A stretch of DNA of 64,000 nt, taken from positions 96,001 to 160,000 of the forward strand of contig JANRKS010000024.1 in NCBI GenBank assembly GCA_033763315.1, in the 5' to 3' direction. The notes under the pieces are model-generated. The model did no database searches. It saw only the letters and a list, made by a program, of their open reading frames with translations, and was not told the origin of the DNA. The number at the start of each line of letters is the position of its first letter. Within the stretch, counting starts at the first letter, position 1. This DNA comes from Deltaproteobacteria bacterium. Lineage in GTDB: Bacteria > Myxococcota_A > Polyangia > Fen-1088. A program made the position numbers and the translations under genes. This document shows, one piece after another, positions 40,273 to 49,399 of the stretch.

Positions 40273-41307
40273 CTAGGGCGCGATGACGCCCACGCGTTGC
40301 GCATGCTGGCGCGCCAACAAGGCAGCCCCACGGCAGCCGGCCATATCTTGGTCGGCGGCGTAATCGATGATGATCTCCTGCGCCAGCAGCGGGAATGCCT
40401 CGCGCTGAAACGTTTCCCGCACTTGCCGCAAATAGCGCGCGCGGAAGGCCTCCGAACTTTCGGTGATGCCGCCACCAATCAAGAAGATGTGTGGGTCGAA
40501 CGCGTGCGCGAGCTGCACCAACAGGAAGCCCAAGGCCTTGGCTTGAAAATCAAACAGCTCAAGCGCCAGCCCGTCGCCCTGCTGGGCCAAGCCCAAGAGA
40601 CGCACGGCCCGAGAGCGGCCTTCGTCCGGGATCTGGCGCAAGGGGTGATCGGGGGCTTTGCCCTTCTCAAAGGCTTTGCGCAATTGCTTGTCGAGCGCGG
40701 CCAACGAGACGAACGCCTCGGCGCACGCCTTCTTACCGCAGCCACACACCGGCACATCACCATCGGTGACCAGTTCGTAGGTGGGCAAGCGCATGTGGCC
40801 GAACTCAGCGCCGTAGCCGCGCACGCCCGTCAGCACATTGCCCCCTTGCACGAACGCGCCGCCTAAACCCGTACCCAAGATGGCGGCGCCCAGGCTTTTG
40901 TCGGGCGCATCCCCGAACAAACGAAAGTATTCCCAATACGCGGCGGCGTTGCCGTCATTGGCGTAGAGCACCGGCATACCAATCGCTTCTTCGAACGCCT
41001 TGCGCACCGGGAAGTTCAACCAATCGGGATGCTTGAGGTTGGGCGAGCGGCCGAGCACACCATCAATGGAGGCGGGGCCGGGTGTATCAAGGCCCACCAT
41101 CGCCACACGATCCCAACTTGCACCGGCGATTTGCAGCGCCTTTTCAGCGGCTTTTTTCAGCTGGCCAACGGTGGTGGTGGGGCCGTCGCTGGCCAAGGAG
41201 AGCACCTTCTCCCACTCGTTGATTAAGATTTCGCCATCGCGGCTCGTTACCGTAGCCTTGATGTCGGTGCCTCCCATGTCCACGCCAACAAACAGGTCGC
41301 GTTGCAT
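40273..41307 (-). CDS. ROK family sugar kinase (glucokinase-like)
   Basis: VDMGGT, TPGP, NDGNAAA, LGTGLGG, AEFGH, CGCG...CAE. Confidence 0.9.
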   Translation of the reverse strand: MQRDLFVGVDMGGTDIKATVTSRDGEILINEWEKVLSLASDGPTTTVGQLKKAAEKALQIAGASWDRVAMVGLDTPGPASIDGVLGRSPNLKHPDWLNFPVRKAFEEAIGMPVLYANDGNAAAYWEYFRLFGDAPDKSLGAAILGTGLGGAFVQGGNVLTGVRGYGAEFGHMRLPTYELVTDGDVPVCGCGKKACAEAFVSLAALDKQLRKAFEKGKAPDHPLRQIPDEGRSRAVRLLGLAQQGDGLALELFDFQAKALGFLLVQLAHAFDPHIFLIGGGITESSEAFRARYLRQVRETFQREAFPLLAQEIIIDYAADQDMAGCRGAALLARQHAQRVGVIAP

Positions 41308-41489
41308 GTGGGTTCTTCCGAAGTCCTTGTAATGTGTCGGTTAAAGCGCGAGACCGCCGCCGACGAAGAAGCGAGGCCCCAAGGGGCTCACTATGCCGAT
41401 TTTTGGTACGAGGTGCACGAAAAAATCCTGTGCAAACATCTAAGCGGGCCCGCGCACCGAGCGTAGCAGAGAGAAACGCGGCAGAAACG

Positions 41490-42662
41490 TCAGACTGTGC
41501 CCATCACCAAGTTGTCACGCGTGATGATGGCGTCGTAGCTGCGGTAGCCAAGCACGCCGCCGATTTCGTCACTGTGGCGGCCCAAGAGGGATCGGCAGGC
41601 TTCGGCGTCGTAATTCACCAGGCCCCGTCCGTGCACCCGCCCCGAGGCGTCGCGAATCTCAACCAAGTCGCCCTTATCAAACGTGCCTTCAACGCCCAGC
41701 ACCCCGATGGGCAGCAGCGAGGCTTTGTGCTCCATCAACGCCCGTAAGGCGCCGTCGTTGATGACCACGGCGCCGCGACGGCGTCCCGAAACGGCGATGT
41801 GCCGCCAGCGAGCGGCGCGGCGTTCTTTGGGAAAAATAATGGTGCCAAGATCCTCGCCCGCCAGCAGGCGTTCGACCACGCGCGGCTCGTTTCCGCTGGC
41901 GATGATGACGTTGGTGCCTTCGGCCGTGGCCAGGCGCGCCGCCTCTAGCTTGCTGGCCATGCCGCCCGTGCCGCCGGCCGAAACGCCCGACGCCGCGGCC
42001 AGACTTTGCTCATCCACACCCTCAAGCTGCACGATGCGCTGGGCCTCGGGATGCGTCTTTGGGTTTTGATCGTAAAGCCCTGCCACGTCGGTCAGCAGCA
42101 CCAGCAGATCCGCATCCAAGGACGTGGCCACCAACGCGGAAAGGCCATCATTGTCACCGAACACCGGGCGGTCGTCGGGCACATCGCCGCCGCGCCGCTG
42201 GTGCTCCATCAATTCGCGCACACTGACGCTGTCGTTTTCGTTGATGACCGGGATCGTGCCCAATTCAAGCAGGCGCATGAGCGTGGTGCGCACGCATAGG
42301 GCGCGATCGCGATCGCCGAGATCTTCTTGGGTCAGCAACACCTGCGCCGCGGTCACGCCCAGATCGCCAAAGGCGCGGGCGTACATCGCCATGAGGTGGC
42401 CTTGCCCCACGGCCGCACAAGCCTGCCGCAGCCCCAACGAGCGCGGCCGTTCCTTGAGACCCAGCTGCCGCATGCCCATGCCCACCGCGCCGCTGGAAAC
42501 GAGCACAACGTCCAGGCCCGAAAGCCGCAGCCGCGCCAGCGACTCGACGATGCCCATCAAGCGCCCGAGCGCCAGTTCAACCCCATCGTGGGTGACCACC
42601 TGGGTTCCCACTTTGACCACCAAGCGGTGGCTTTCAGCTAAGGCGCGACGTTCGGGGGACAT
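41490..42662 (-). CDS. proB: Glutamate 5-kinase with PUA domain
   Basis: VVKVGT, VSSGAV, AAVGQ, INEND, FGDND, GTGGMASK, SLLPIGV. Confidence 0.97.
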   Translation of the reverse strand: MSPERRALAESHRLVVKVGTQVVTHDGVELALGRLMGIVESLARLRLSGLDVVLVSSGAVGMGMRQLGLKERPRSLGLRQACAAVGQGHLMAMYARAFGDLGVTAAQVLLTQEDLGDRDRALCVRTTLMRLLELGTIPVINENDSVSVRELMEHQRRGGDVPDDRPVFGDNDGLSALVATSLDADLLVLLTDVAGLYDQNPKTHPEAQRIVQLEGVDEQSLAAASGVSAGGTGGMASKLEAARLATAEGTNVIIASGNEPRVVERLLAGEDLGTIIFPKERRAARWRHIAVSGRRRGAVVINDGALRALMEHKASLLPIGVLGVEGTFDKGDLVEIRDASGRVHGRGLVNYDAEACRSLLGRHSDEIGGVLGYRSYDAIITRDNLVMGTV

Positions 42663-42804
42663 AAGGCCGACCAATTTACCTCATCGGCGCCCAAAACCCA
42701 GTCCGGTTGGCGCGGCAGGCACGTGTTGTGCGGGTGGACATTTGGCTTTGGCCAGGCCGCCAGCACTCGACAAGCACCCAGCGCGCGGGGTAGACACGGC
42801 CATC

Positions 42805-44010
42805 ATGAGCGCGGTCAACAAGCTATTCATCGAAGACATCAATGTGGCGGGTCAACGGGTCATCGTTCGCGTTGACTTCAACGTACCTCTTAAAGACGGC
42901 GTGGTTGAAAACGACAAGCGGTTGCGCGCCTCGTTGCCCACCATCACGTATTTGCGCGACAAGGGCGCAAAAGTGATTTTGATGTCGCATCTGGGCCGCC
43001 CCGATGGCCAACGCAAACCTGATATGAGCTTGGCACCGGTGGCCAAAGCGTTGGGCGAGATCTTGGGCACGAACGTGAAGTTCGCCTCGGATTGTGTGGG
43101 CCCCGCGGCAGAACAAGCCGTGGCGTCGTTGGCCGCCGGCGAAATCTTGTTGCTTGAGAACCTGCGCTACCACGCCGCGGAAGAAGCCAATGATCCTGCG
43201 TTTGCAAAACAGTTGGCGTCACTCGCCGACGTTTATGTGAATGACGCGTTCGGCGCCGCTCACCGCGCGCATGCATCCACCGAAGGCATCACGAAGCACA
43301 TCAAGCAAGCCGCTTGCGGTTACTTGATGAAGAAAGAGCTCGATTATTTGGGCACCGCTTTGGCGAACCCAGCGCGTCCTTTCGTGGCTGTGATTGGTGG
43401 CTCGAAAGTGTCTAGCAAGATCGACGTGATCCAAAACCTGCTCACGAAGGTCGACAAGCTGCTGTTGGGCGGCGGCATGACCTATACCTTCTTGAAGGCG
43501 CAGGGTTATGAAATCGGCAACTCGTTGTTCGAGGCCGATAAGGTTGAATTCGCAAAACAACTGTTGGCTCAAGCGGGCGATAAGTTGGTGCTGGGCAGCG
43601 ACTTCTTGGTCACGGATAAGCTCGACTTCGGTGGCCGCAAAGTTGGTGCCACCAAGATCGTGGGGCGCGATGGCATCACCCCAGGCTGGGAAGGCGTGGA
43701 CATCGGGCCCGCCACAATCGCCGAATTCGAGAGCATCCTCACCAACGCAAAGACGGTGATCTGGAATGGCCCTGTGGGCGTGTTCGAGATCGATGAAACG
43801 GCCAAGGGAACTTTGGCTGTGGCTGCGGTTTTGGCAAAGGCCACCGCCGCTGGCGCCACCACCATTATCGGTGGCGGGGATTCAGCCTCGGCGGTGAAGA
43901 AGGCAAAAGTTCAAGACAAGGTCTCGCACGTGTCCACGGGCGGCGGCGCTTCGCTTGAATTCTTGGAAGGCAAAACGCTTCCCGGCGTCAACGCGCTCAC
44001 GAACCGCTAA
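42805..44010 (+). CDS. pgk: Phosphoglycerate kinase
   Basis: RVDFNVP, SHLGRP, LENLRY, NDAFGAAHRAHAS, GGSKVSSK, WNGPVG, STGGGASLE. Confidence 0.98.
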   Translation: MSAVNKLFIEDINVAGQRVIVRVDFNVPLKDGVVENDKRLRASLPTITYLRDKGAKVILMSHLGRPDGQRKPDMSLAPVAKALGEILGTNVKFASDCVGPAAEQAVASLAAGEILLLENLRYHAAEEANDPAFAKQLASLADVYVNDAFGAAHRAHASTEGITKHIKQAACGYLMKKELDYLGTALANPARPFVAVIGGSKVSSKIDVIQNLLTKVDKLLLGGGMTYTFLKAQGYEIGNSLFEADKVEFAKQLLAQAGDKLVLGSDFLVTDKLDFGGRKVGATKIVGRDGITPGWEGVDIGPATIAEFESILTNAKTVIWNGPVGVFEIDETAKGTLAVAAVLAKATAAGATTIIGGGDSASAVKKAKVQDKVSHVSTGGGASLEFLEGKTLPGVNALTNR

Positions 44011-44026
44011 CAAACCATACCGCACC

Positions 44027-44067
44027 AAAGAAGGGCTGGTTGCTTGTTCGCGGCCAGCCTTTTTCTT
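44027..44067. terminator. Bidirectional intrinsic terminator between pgk and the DUF1552 gene
   Basis: AAAGAAGGGCTGG...CCAGCCTTTTTCTTT stem flanked by A and T tracts between convergent genes. Confidence 0.75.
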
Positions 44068-45593
44068 TAAGCCTGCATGAGAGGCATACCGTTCGACGCG
44101 GTCTCAAGCACACCGGACACGTACTTGCCCGTGTATGAGCCGTCGATCAAAGGGTTGCCATAGCCTGCCACGCCTGGCTTTTCGAATTCCGAACGAGGCA
44201 CACCCATCGATTGTAACGCCGTGGCCAACCAACGGTTCCAGGTGAGGCCCACGTATTCTGTAAAGCCGGCAGCTTCAAGGTTGCGGCGCGATTGCGCGCG
44301 CCCCGTGTTCCGGTAATCGATGTATTGCCCCGTCTTGAAAAAGCCAGCCGCAGAGCCCGCGGTGACCAGCGGCAAGCCACACGCTTCATGTGTATTGAAG
44401 CCCGACTCCTGTGACCACGCGATGAGCGTGTTGTCCAAGAAGGTGCGGCCTCCCGCTTCTTCAACGTCCAACTTGCGCGCCAAATCCAGGAACGCCCACG
44501 CGAAGGCGTTGCGGTTGTGCGCCACCAAGCGCGACTGCGCGTCTGGGTTTGGCCAGTTGTGTGCGGTGTCCTGATGCCAAGATCCTGAGAAGGGCACGAG
44601 CGGCTCGGCGAGGCTCATCGAAGCCACGCGTGTGGTGCCACACATGAACGCCATGACGATCACGTCGTTGAGCAGCCCCAGCTTCTTCTTCTGATCACCT
44701 CCCGTGTTGTTGGCGTCAACGGCAGGCTTTGCAAAGCCCTGACACGATGCCGTGGGCGCCGTGGTGGTGACTTTGCGCTGCAGCTCTGCGAGGCGGGCGA
44801 TGTGATCGTCGAGCCGTTGTTTGTCCGTGGCTGAAAGCCGCCGGTCACTTTCGCGCAGGCTCTTGTAGTTCGCCAAGATCTTATCCACGATCGGTTTGCG
44901 GGCCGCGACTGGTGTGGCGCTTGGCTTCACAAACAGCTTGTCGAATAGCGCCAACGAGCTTGTCTCGCGGCCGATCTCCTGAATGGTGCCAGACTTGGTC
45001 TGCGGGTTTGACCAATTCCATGAATATCCACCCCGCGTGCCGGTGACGATGCTGCGCTCTTTGATGCCAGCCAGATCGCCCGCCGAATAGAACGACGGCG
45101 ACCACGCCATGATCTGATCGATGGTTGGCATCGGTGATTTTTGCGCCTGTTGACCAGGCGTGCCGTTGCCATCATTGCGGGCGTAGTTGCCTAAGTGGCC
45201 ACCCGTGTTGTGGGCGATGTAAAACGGGATGTCGAGGCCGCGCACGACGTTGATCTTCGAAAGCAATTGCGGGGTCAGCACGCCGCTCGGCGCGCGCAAC
45301 ACGGGGCACACGCCCACTTCGCCGCCACCTTGGTCGGACAGCTTCAGCGGTCCCGCACCCGCGGTGTGCCCCCCGAAAATGGCTTCCTTCGTCGTGGCCG
45401 AGGCCGCGGGTGGAAACATGTTTTCGGGCAGGACCCCACCGTGGTCGGTCATGAAAGCGACGAAGCGCGGGCGGGCAAGAAAACCCGCATCGGCCCCGTA
45501 GGCTTTCGACATCAGTGACGGCAACCAGGGCAAACCAACGCTGGCGCCCGCACCGAGCAATACAAGGCGCCGAGAAACTTCATTCGATGCCAT
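44067..45593 (-). CDS. DUF1552 family protein, Tat-exported
   Basis: SRRLVLLGAGASVGLPWLPSL, PTIDQ, LSATDKQRLDDH...ELQR, AFMCGTTRV, LDNTLI, GSAAGFFKTGQY. Confidence 0.88.
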   Translation of the reverse strand: MASNEVSRRLVLLGAGASVGLPWLPSLMSKAYGADAGFLARPRFVAFMTDHGGVLPENMFPPAASATTKEAIFGGHTAGAGPLKLSDQGGGEVGVCPVLRAPSGVLTPQLLSKINVVRGLDIPFYIAHNTGGHLGNYARNDGNGTPGQQAQKSPMPTIDQIMAWSPSFYSAGDLAGIKERSIVTGTRGGYSWNWSNPQTKSGTIQEIGRETSSLALFDKLFVKPSATPVAARKPIVDKILANYKSLRESDRRLSATDKQRLDDHIARLAELQRKVTTTAPTASCQGFAKPAVDANNTGGDQKKKLGLLNDVIVMAFMCGTTRVASMSLAEPLVPFSGSWHQDTAHNWPNPDAQSRLVAHNRNAFAWAFLDLARKLDVEEAGGRTFLDNTLIAWSQESGFNTHEACGLPLVTAGSAAGFFKTGQYIDYRNTGRAQSRRNLEAAGFTEYVGLTWNRWLATALQSMGVPRSEFEKPGVAGYGNPLIDGSYTGKYVSGVLETASNGMPLMQA

Positions 45594-45609
45594 AGGGGGA
45601 TCCTCCGCC

Positions 45610-45648
45610 CAAAAGCATCAGTGACCGGGGGTGCAAAAGCACCAGTGA
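45610..45648. repeat. 15-bp direct repeat pair upstream of the DUF1552 gene
   Basis: CAAAAGCATCAGTGA (45610-45624) and CAAAAGCACCAGTGA (45634-45648); 1 mismatch, period 24. Confidence 0.75.
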
Positions 45649-45706
45649 GAACCCTGGCTGTCGTTGGATTCGGCCGAAGTCGTACCTCAAGGCGGAAAGC
45701 CCACGC

Positions 45707-46708
45707 TCAGCTGGCCTTTTGCTTTGCCACCTGTGAATCCACTGAAAACTGGCTCGTGGCGTCTTCCATCATCAAGCGCGTCACGTCGGCGACCGCATGT
45801 TGCGCTTGCCATCCCAGCAACCGCGCCGCCTTACTAGCGTTGCCTTGGCTACGCAGAATGTCACTTGGCCGAAGCAGCGATTCATCGACGTTCACGTGGC
45901 TTTCCCAACGCAGCCCCACGTGAGCGAAGACTTGGGCCACGTACGCTTTGAGTGATGAAGTTTGGCCCGTGGCGATCACGAAATCACTTGGGATCGGCTG
46001 TGCCAACATCAAGCGCATGGCTTCCACGTACTCGGGCGCCCACCCCCAATCGCGCTCGATGTCGAGGTTGCCAAGCCTTAGCGTTTCGGCGCTGCCGTTG
46101 GCAATGCGCCGCGCGGCTTGCACCACCTTCTTTGTGACGAAACGCTCTGGCCGCAGCGGTGATTCGTGATTGAACAGAATCCCCGAGCAGGCCCAAATAC
46201 CGTACGCGTCGCGGTAGTTCGCCACCGTCCAGTAGGCCGTCGCTTTGGCCACGCCATACGGGCTGCGGGGCGCAAAAGGTGTTTGCTCTGTGGCACCGCC
46301 GGGCGGAGTTTCCCCAAAGCACTCGCTTGAGCACGCGTTATAAAAGCGTGCGTTTGCCTTGAGCAAGCGCAACGCCTCCAAAATGTTCAACGTGCCGGTC
46401 GCGATGCTCTCCAGCGTTTCCACCGGCTGCTCGAACGATAAGCTCACCGAGGACTGCCCGCCCAAGTTGTAGATCTCATCGGGCTGCACATCCAACAGCG
46501 TTTGGATCACGCTGCGAAAGTCTGTGAGCGCCATCGACACGCAGCGCACCCGTTCGGCAATGCCCAGCGCTTTGAGGTTGGCAAAGCCACACGACTGAGC
46601 GTCACGTGACGTACCCACCACATCGTATCCCCGGTCCAGCAGGCTGCGGGCAAGGTAAGCGCCATCTTGGCCGGAGATCCCGCTAATCAAGGCGCGTTTG
46701 TTGGGCAC
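45707..46708 (-). CDS. gmd: GDP-mannose 4,6-dehydratase
   Basis: GISGQDGAYL, PDEIYNL, SSECFG, PRSPYGVAK, GILFNHES, FVTKK, RDWG. Confidence 0.93.
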   Translation of the reverse strand: MPNKRALISGISGQDGAYLARSLLDRGYDVVGTSRDAQSCGFANLKALGIAERVRCVSMALTDFRSVIQTLLDVQPDEIYNLGGQSSVSLSFEQPVETLESIATGTLNILEALRLLKANARFYNACSSECFGETPPGGATEQTPFAPRSPYGVAKATAYWTVANYRDAYGIWACSGILFNHESPLRPERFVTKKVVQAARRIANGSAETLRLGNLDIERDWGWAPEYVEAMRLMLAQPIPSDFVIATGQTSSLKAYVAQVFAHVGLRWESHVNVDESLLRPSDILRSQGNASKAARLLGWQAQHAVADVTRLMMEDATSQFSVDSQVAKQKAS

Positions 46709-46828
46709 AGCTTTCCCCTCAAGGATGTCGACACGGGCCGATGAGCCGTTAAGGGCGCCGGTGCGGATTGTTTCGGCGCGCGTGCGTTACCCACATGCGC
46801 CCACGAGCGCCTCCGCCAGCAAAAGCTT

Positions 46829-49399
46829 ATGCTGAAGCACGTCATGGGTTGGCTCGACCGGATTGCTTCCAAGATCAACGCAGAGCTGCAGCCGCAAACG
46901 CTGAGCGAAGACGAACGCGGGCAGTTGGCGCTGGCCCTTGCCTATTTGGATCGCGGTGACTTGAAAGACGCCGAAGATCGTTTGAGGCCCCTGCTGGCGC
47001 AACACCCTCGTCGGGCAGACGTGTTGATGGCGGCGGGCCGGTTGGCCTGGGCACAAAATGACCTTGAGCAGGCCGTGGTGTTGTTTGGCCGCGCCGTGGA
47101 TGGGGCGCCTGAAACCACCAACGCGTGGCTCTCGCTTTGCGAGCTGCTGCTATTGCTCCGCCGGTATGAGCCTGCGCTTGATGCTGCACGGAAGGTGATG
47201 CTGTTGGCAGAAAACGCCACCACCTTGGCGCGCGCGCATTGGCGAGGGCAAGCGCTGTGGCTGCAAGGCCGCGTGGCCTTGGCGCAAGAGCGGATGCAAG
47301 ACGCGCGACGCTTGCTGGAGGAAGCGCGCGCCCACGGTGTGGCCGATGCGGATGTGGCGGCTGACCTTGCACGGGCGCTGCTGGCGCAGAACGCAAAGGA
47401 CGCGGCCTCGTGGTTCTTGTTGGCTGCGAAGCAACCCGGTGCGAGCGTTGACCTCGTGTTGCAGGCCGCGCGTTTGCAAACAGATGCGCTTGTGGCGATT
47501 GACGTTTTGCGATCTGCGATCTCACGTTCACAAGCGCCGCAGGATCTGCTCAGGCTGCATGGTTGTTTGGCGTATAAGTGCGTCTTGCGTGGCGACGACG
47601 AAGCGGCCGCGGCGTCACTCGATGTGCTTCCCGCCGCTGACCTTGATGCGGTGGATCACGCGTCGAGCGCAGAGTTGGCCTATGCGTATGCCCATCTTGG
47701 CCGTTATGCGCAGGCGTTGGCATGGGCGGCGCGCGCCGGCACAAAGATCAATGCCGACCTGCAGTTGCTGTGGGCGCTTGGCAACCAAGACAAGACGGCG
47801 TTGGGCGAATTTGCAATTCGCATCGAAGCACAACAACCAACACTCGCCGCCTTGTTGTCTTCTGCGTTTGCCAATCCACCCAACATCGATTCGCTATTGC
47901 ACATCTTGGCAAAGGCGCCCGCAAACACACGCCGGTTCTGGGCAAACCATGTAGCGCCGCCGGCGCCCGCCGACACGCATGCCGCCGCTCTATTGCAATC
48001 CTTCATTGAAACGATAAAGCCATTGGTAGGGGCAGCGGATCTGGCGTGGGCGGCCACCCGCGCTTTGGCGCAAATCGATCGCCCCTTGGTGGTCGCCCTG
48101 TTGGGAGAGTTCAACGCGGGCAAGTCCACGTTGGTGAACCAGCTGGTAGGCGAAAGCTTGGCACCCGTGGGTGTAAAGCCCACCACAGCCACGCTCAATA
48201 CATTCCGGCACGGCATCGGCGGAGCGCATGTGCTTTACCGTGGTGCCACCGGCCGTAAAACACGCCACCTTACGACGGCGCAAGTGCAGCCTTTTCTGAG
48301 CACGCTGAGCGATGAAGATGCCGCCAACATCGACGTGGTGGAGATCTTCTTGCCCGAACCACATCTGCAACACTTCGAATGGGTTGACACTCCCGGCCTC
48401 AACGCCCCCCGCGAGGCGCACGAGCGGCTCACGAAACGTTTCATGAGCAGCGCTGATCTTGTGATCTGGGTGTTGTCGGCGCAGCAAGCGGCCAAGGCTT
48501 CGGAAGTGGCAGTCTTATCGGAACTGTTCGAAGCGCACACGCCGGTGCTTGCGTTGCTCAACAAAATTGATCAGGTCGACGACGCCGAGCTGCCAGCGAT
48601 TCGTGATTCGGTCGCAGAGGCTTTGGGAAAATCGATCATCGCCATCCTGCCCACAAACCTTCGTGATCCCACGGCCGCGCAAGCGGGGCGAGCCCAGGTG
48701 CTGCAGACACTGGACGATTATGCTTTACCTCGCATGCTGGCGCTCAAGCAGCGCTCGGCGCTGGCGACATTGCGTAAGTTGATCGCGGAGGCGCAGACCC
48801 TTGTGAAAGACTCCGTGCCAGTAGAACCCGCGATACCGCAGCACACGGATGTCGCTAACGACATTCAACGTGCAGGCGCGGGTTTTGATCCCACCCTGTT
48901 CGCAGCGATGGGACCGTTGGCGCAATCGCTTGCTGAAGAAAGCAACACCGACCGCGTTATCGAAACCGTGGTCGCAAAGCTGTCGGACGTAATCACAGGC
49001 TTTGTTGTGGACTCGTCCATGGTACAGGACGAAGGATTGTTTCGAGACTTAGCGCAACGGTATGTTGCTCAGGCGCGAGGCCGCTTGGAAGGCGGACTCG
49101 CCGAACAGTTCGTGCGGCACCGCGACGGGGGCGAACGTCGGCGCGCGCTTGAGTTGGCGCTACCCGACCCCGAACGCTTTTTGTGGGCGCCGTGGCGCCA
49201 AGCGCGCCACGATCTTGCGGCCACGCGGGCGGCGGAGCACAAGCGGCGGTTGGACGAAGACGCCGCCCGCAAAACGTTGCTCGAAGCCCGGTTCGCCGCG
49301 CCATTGGCAGTTGTGCAAGAGCAGTCGGAGCGTGCGTGGGATGAACTCGTTCGTGTCTCATCCGCGAGCGTGAGCGGGCCGACGGCCCATCCCGCATAG
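46829..49399 (+). CDS. TPR-repeat / dynamin-family GTPase fusion
   Basis: N-terminal TPR helices; G1 GEFNAGKS, G2 PTT, G3 DTPG, G4 NKID; helical C-terminus. Confidence 0.88.
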   Translation: MLKHVMGWLDRIASKINAELQPQTLSEDERGQLALALAYLDRGDLKDAEDRLRPLLAQHPRRADVLMAAGRLAWAQNDLEQAVVLFGRAVDGAPETTNAWLSLCELLLLLRRYEPALDAARKVMLLAENATTLARAHWRGQALWLQGRVALAQERMQDARRLLEEARAHGVADADVAADLARALLAQNAKDAASWFLLAAKQPGASVDLVLQAARLQTDALVAIDVLRSAISRSQAPQDLLRLHGCLAYKCVLRGDDEAAAASLDVLPAADLDAVDHASSAELAYAYAHLGRYAQALAWAARAGTKINADLQLLWALGNQDKTALGEFAIRIEAQQPTLAALLSSAFANPPNIDSLLHILAKAPANTRRFWANHVAPPAPADTHAAALLQSFIETIKPLVGAADLAWAATRALAQIDRPLVVALLGEFNAGKSTLVNQLVGESLAPVGVKPTTATLNTFRHGIGGAHVLYRGATGRKTRHLTTAQVQPFLSTLSDEDAANIDVVEIFLPEPHLQHFEWVDTPGLNAPREAHERLTKRFMSSADLVIWVLSAQQAAKASEVAVLSELFEAHTPVLALLNKIDQVDDAELPAIRDSVAEALGKSIIAILPTNLRDPTAAQAGRAQVLQTLDDYALPRMLALKQRSALATLRKLIAEAQTLVKDSVPVEPAIPQHTDVANDIQRAGAGFDPTLFAAMGPLAQSLAEESNTDRVIETVVAKLSDVITGFVVDSSMVQDEGLFRDLAQRYVAQARGRLEGGLAEQFVRHRDGGERRRALELALPDPERFLWAPWRQARHDLAATRAAEHKRRLDEDAARKTLLEARFAAPLAVVQEQSERAWDELVRVSSASVSGPTAHPA

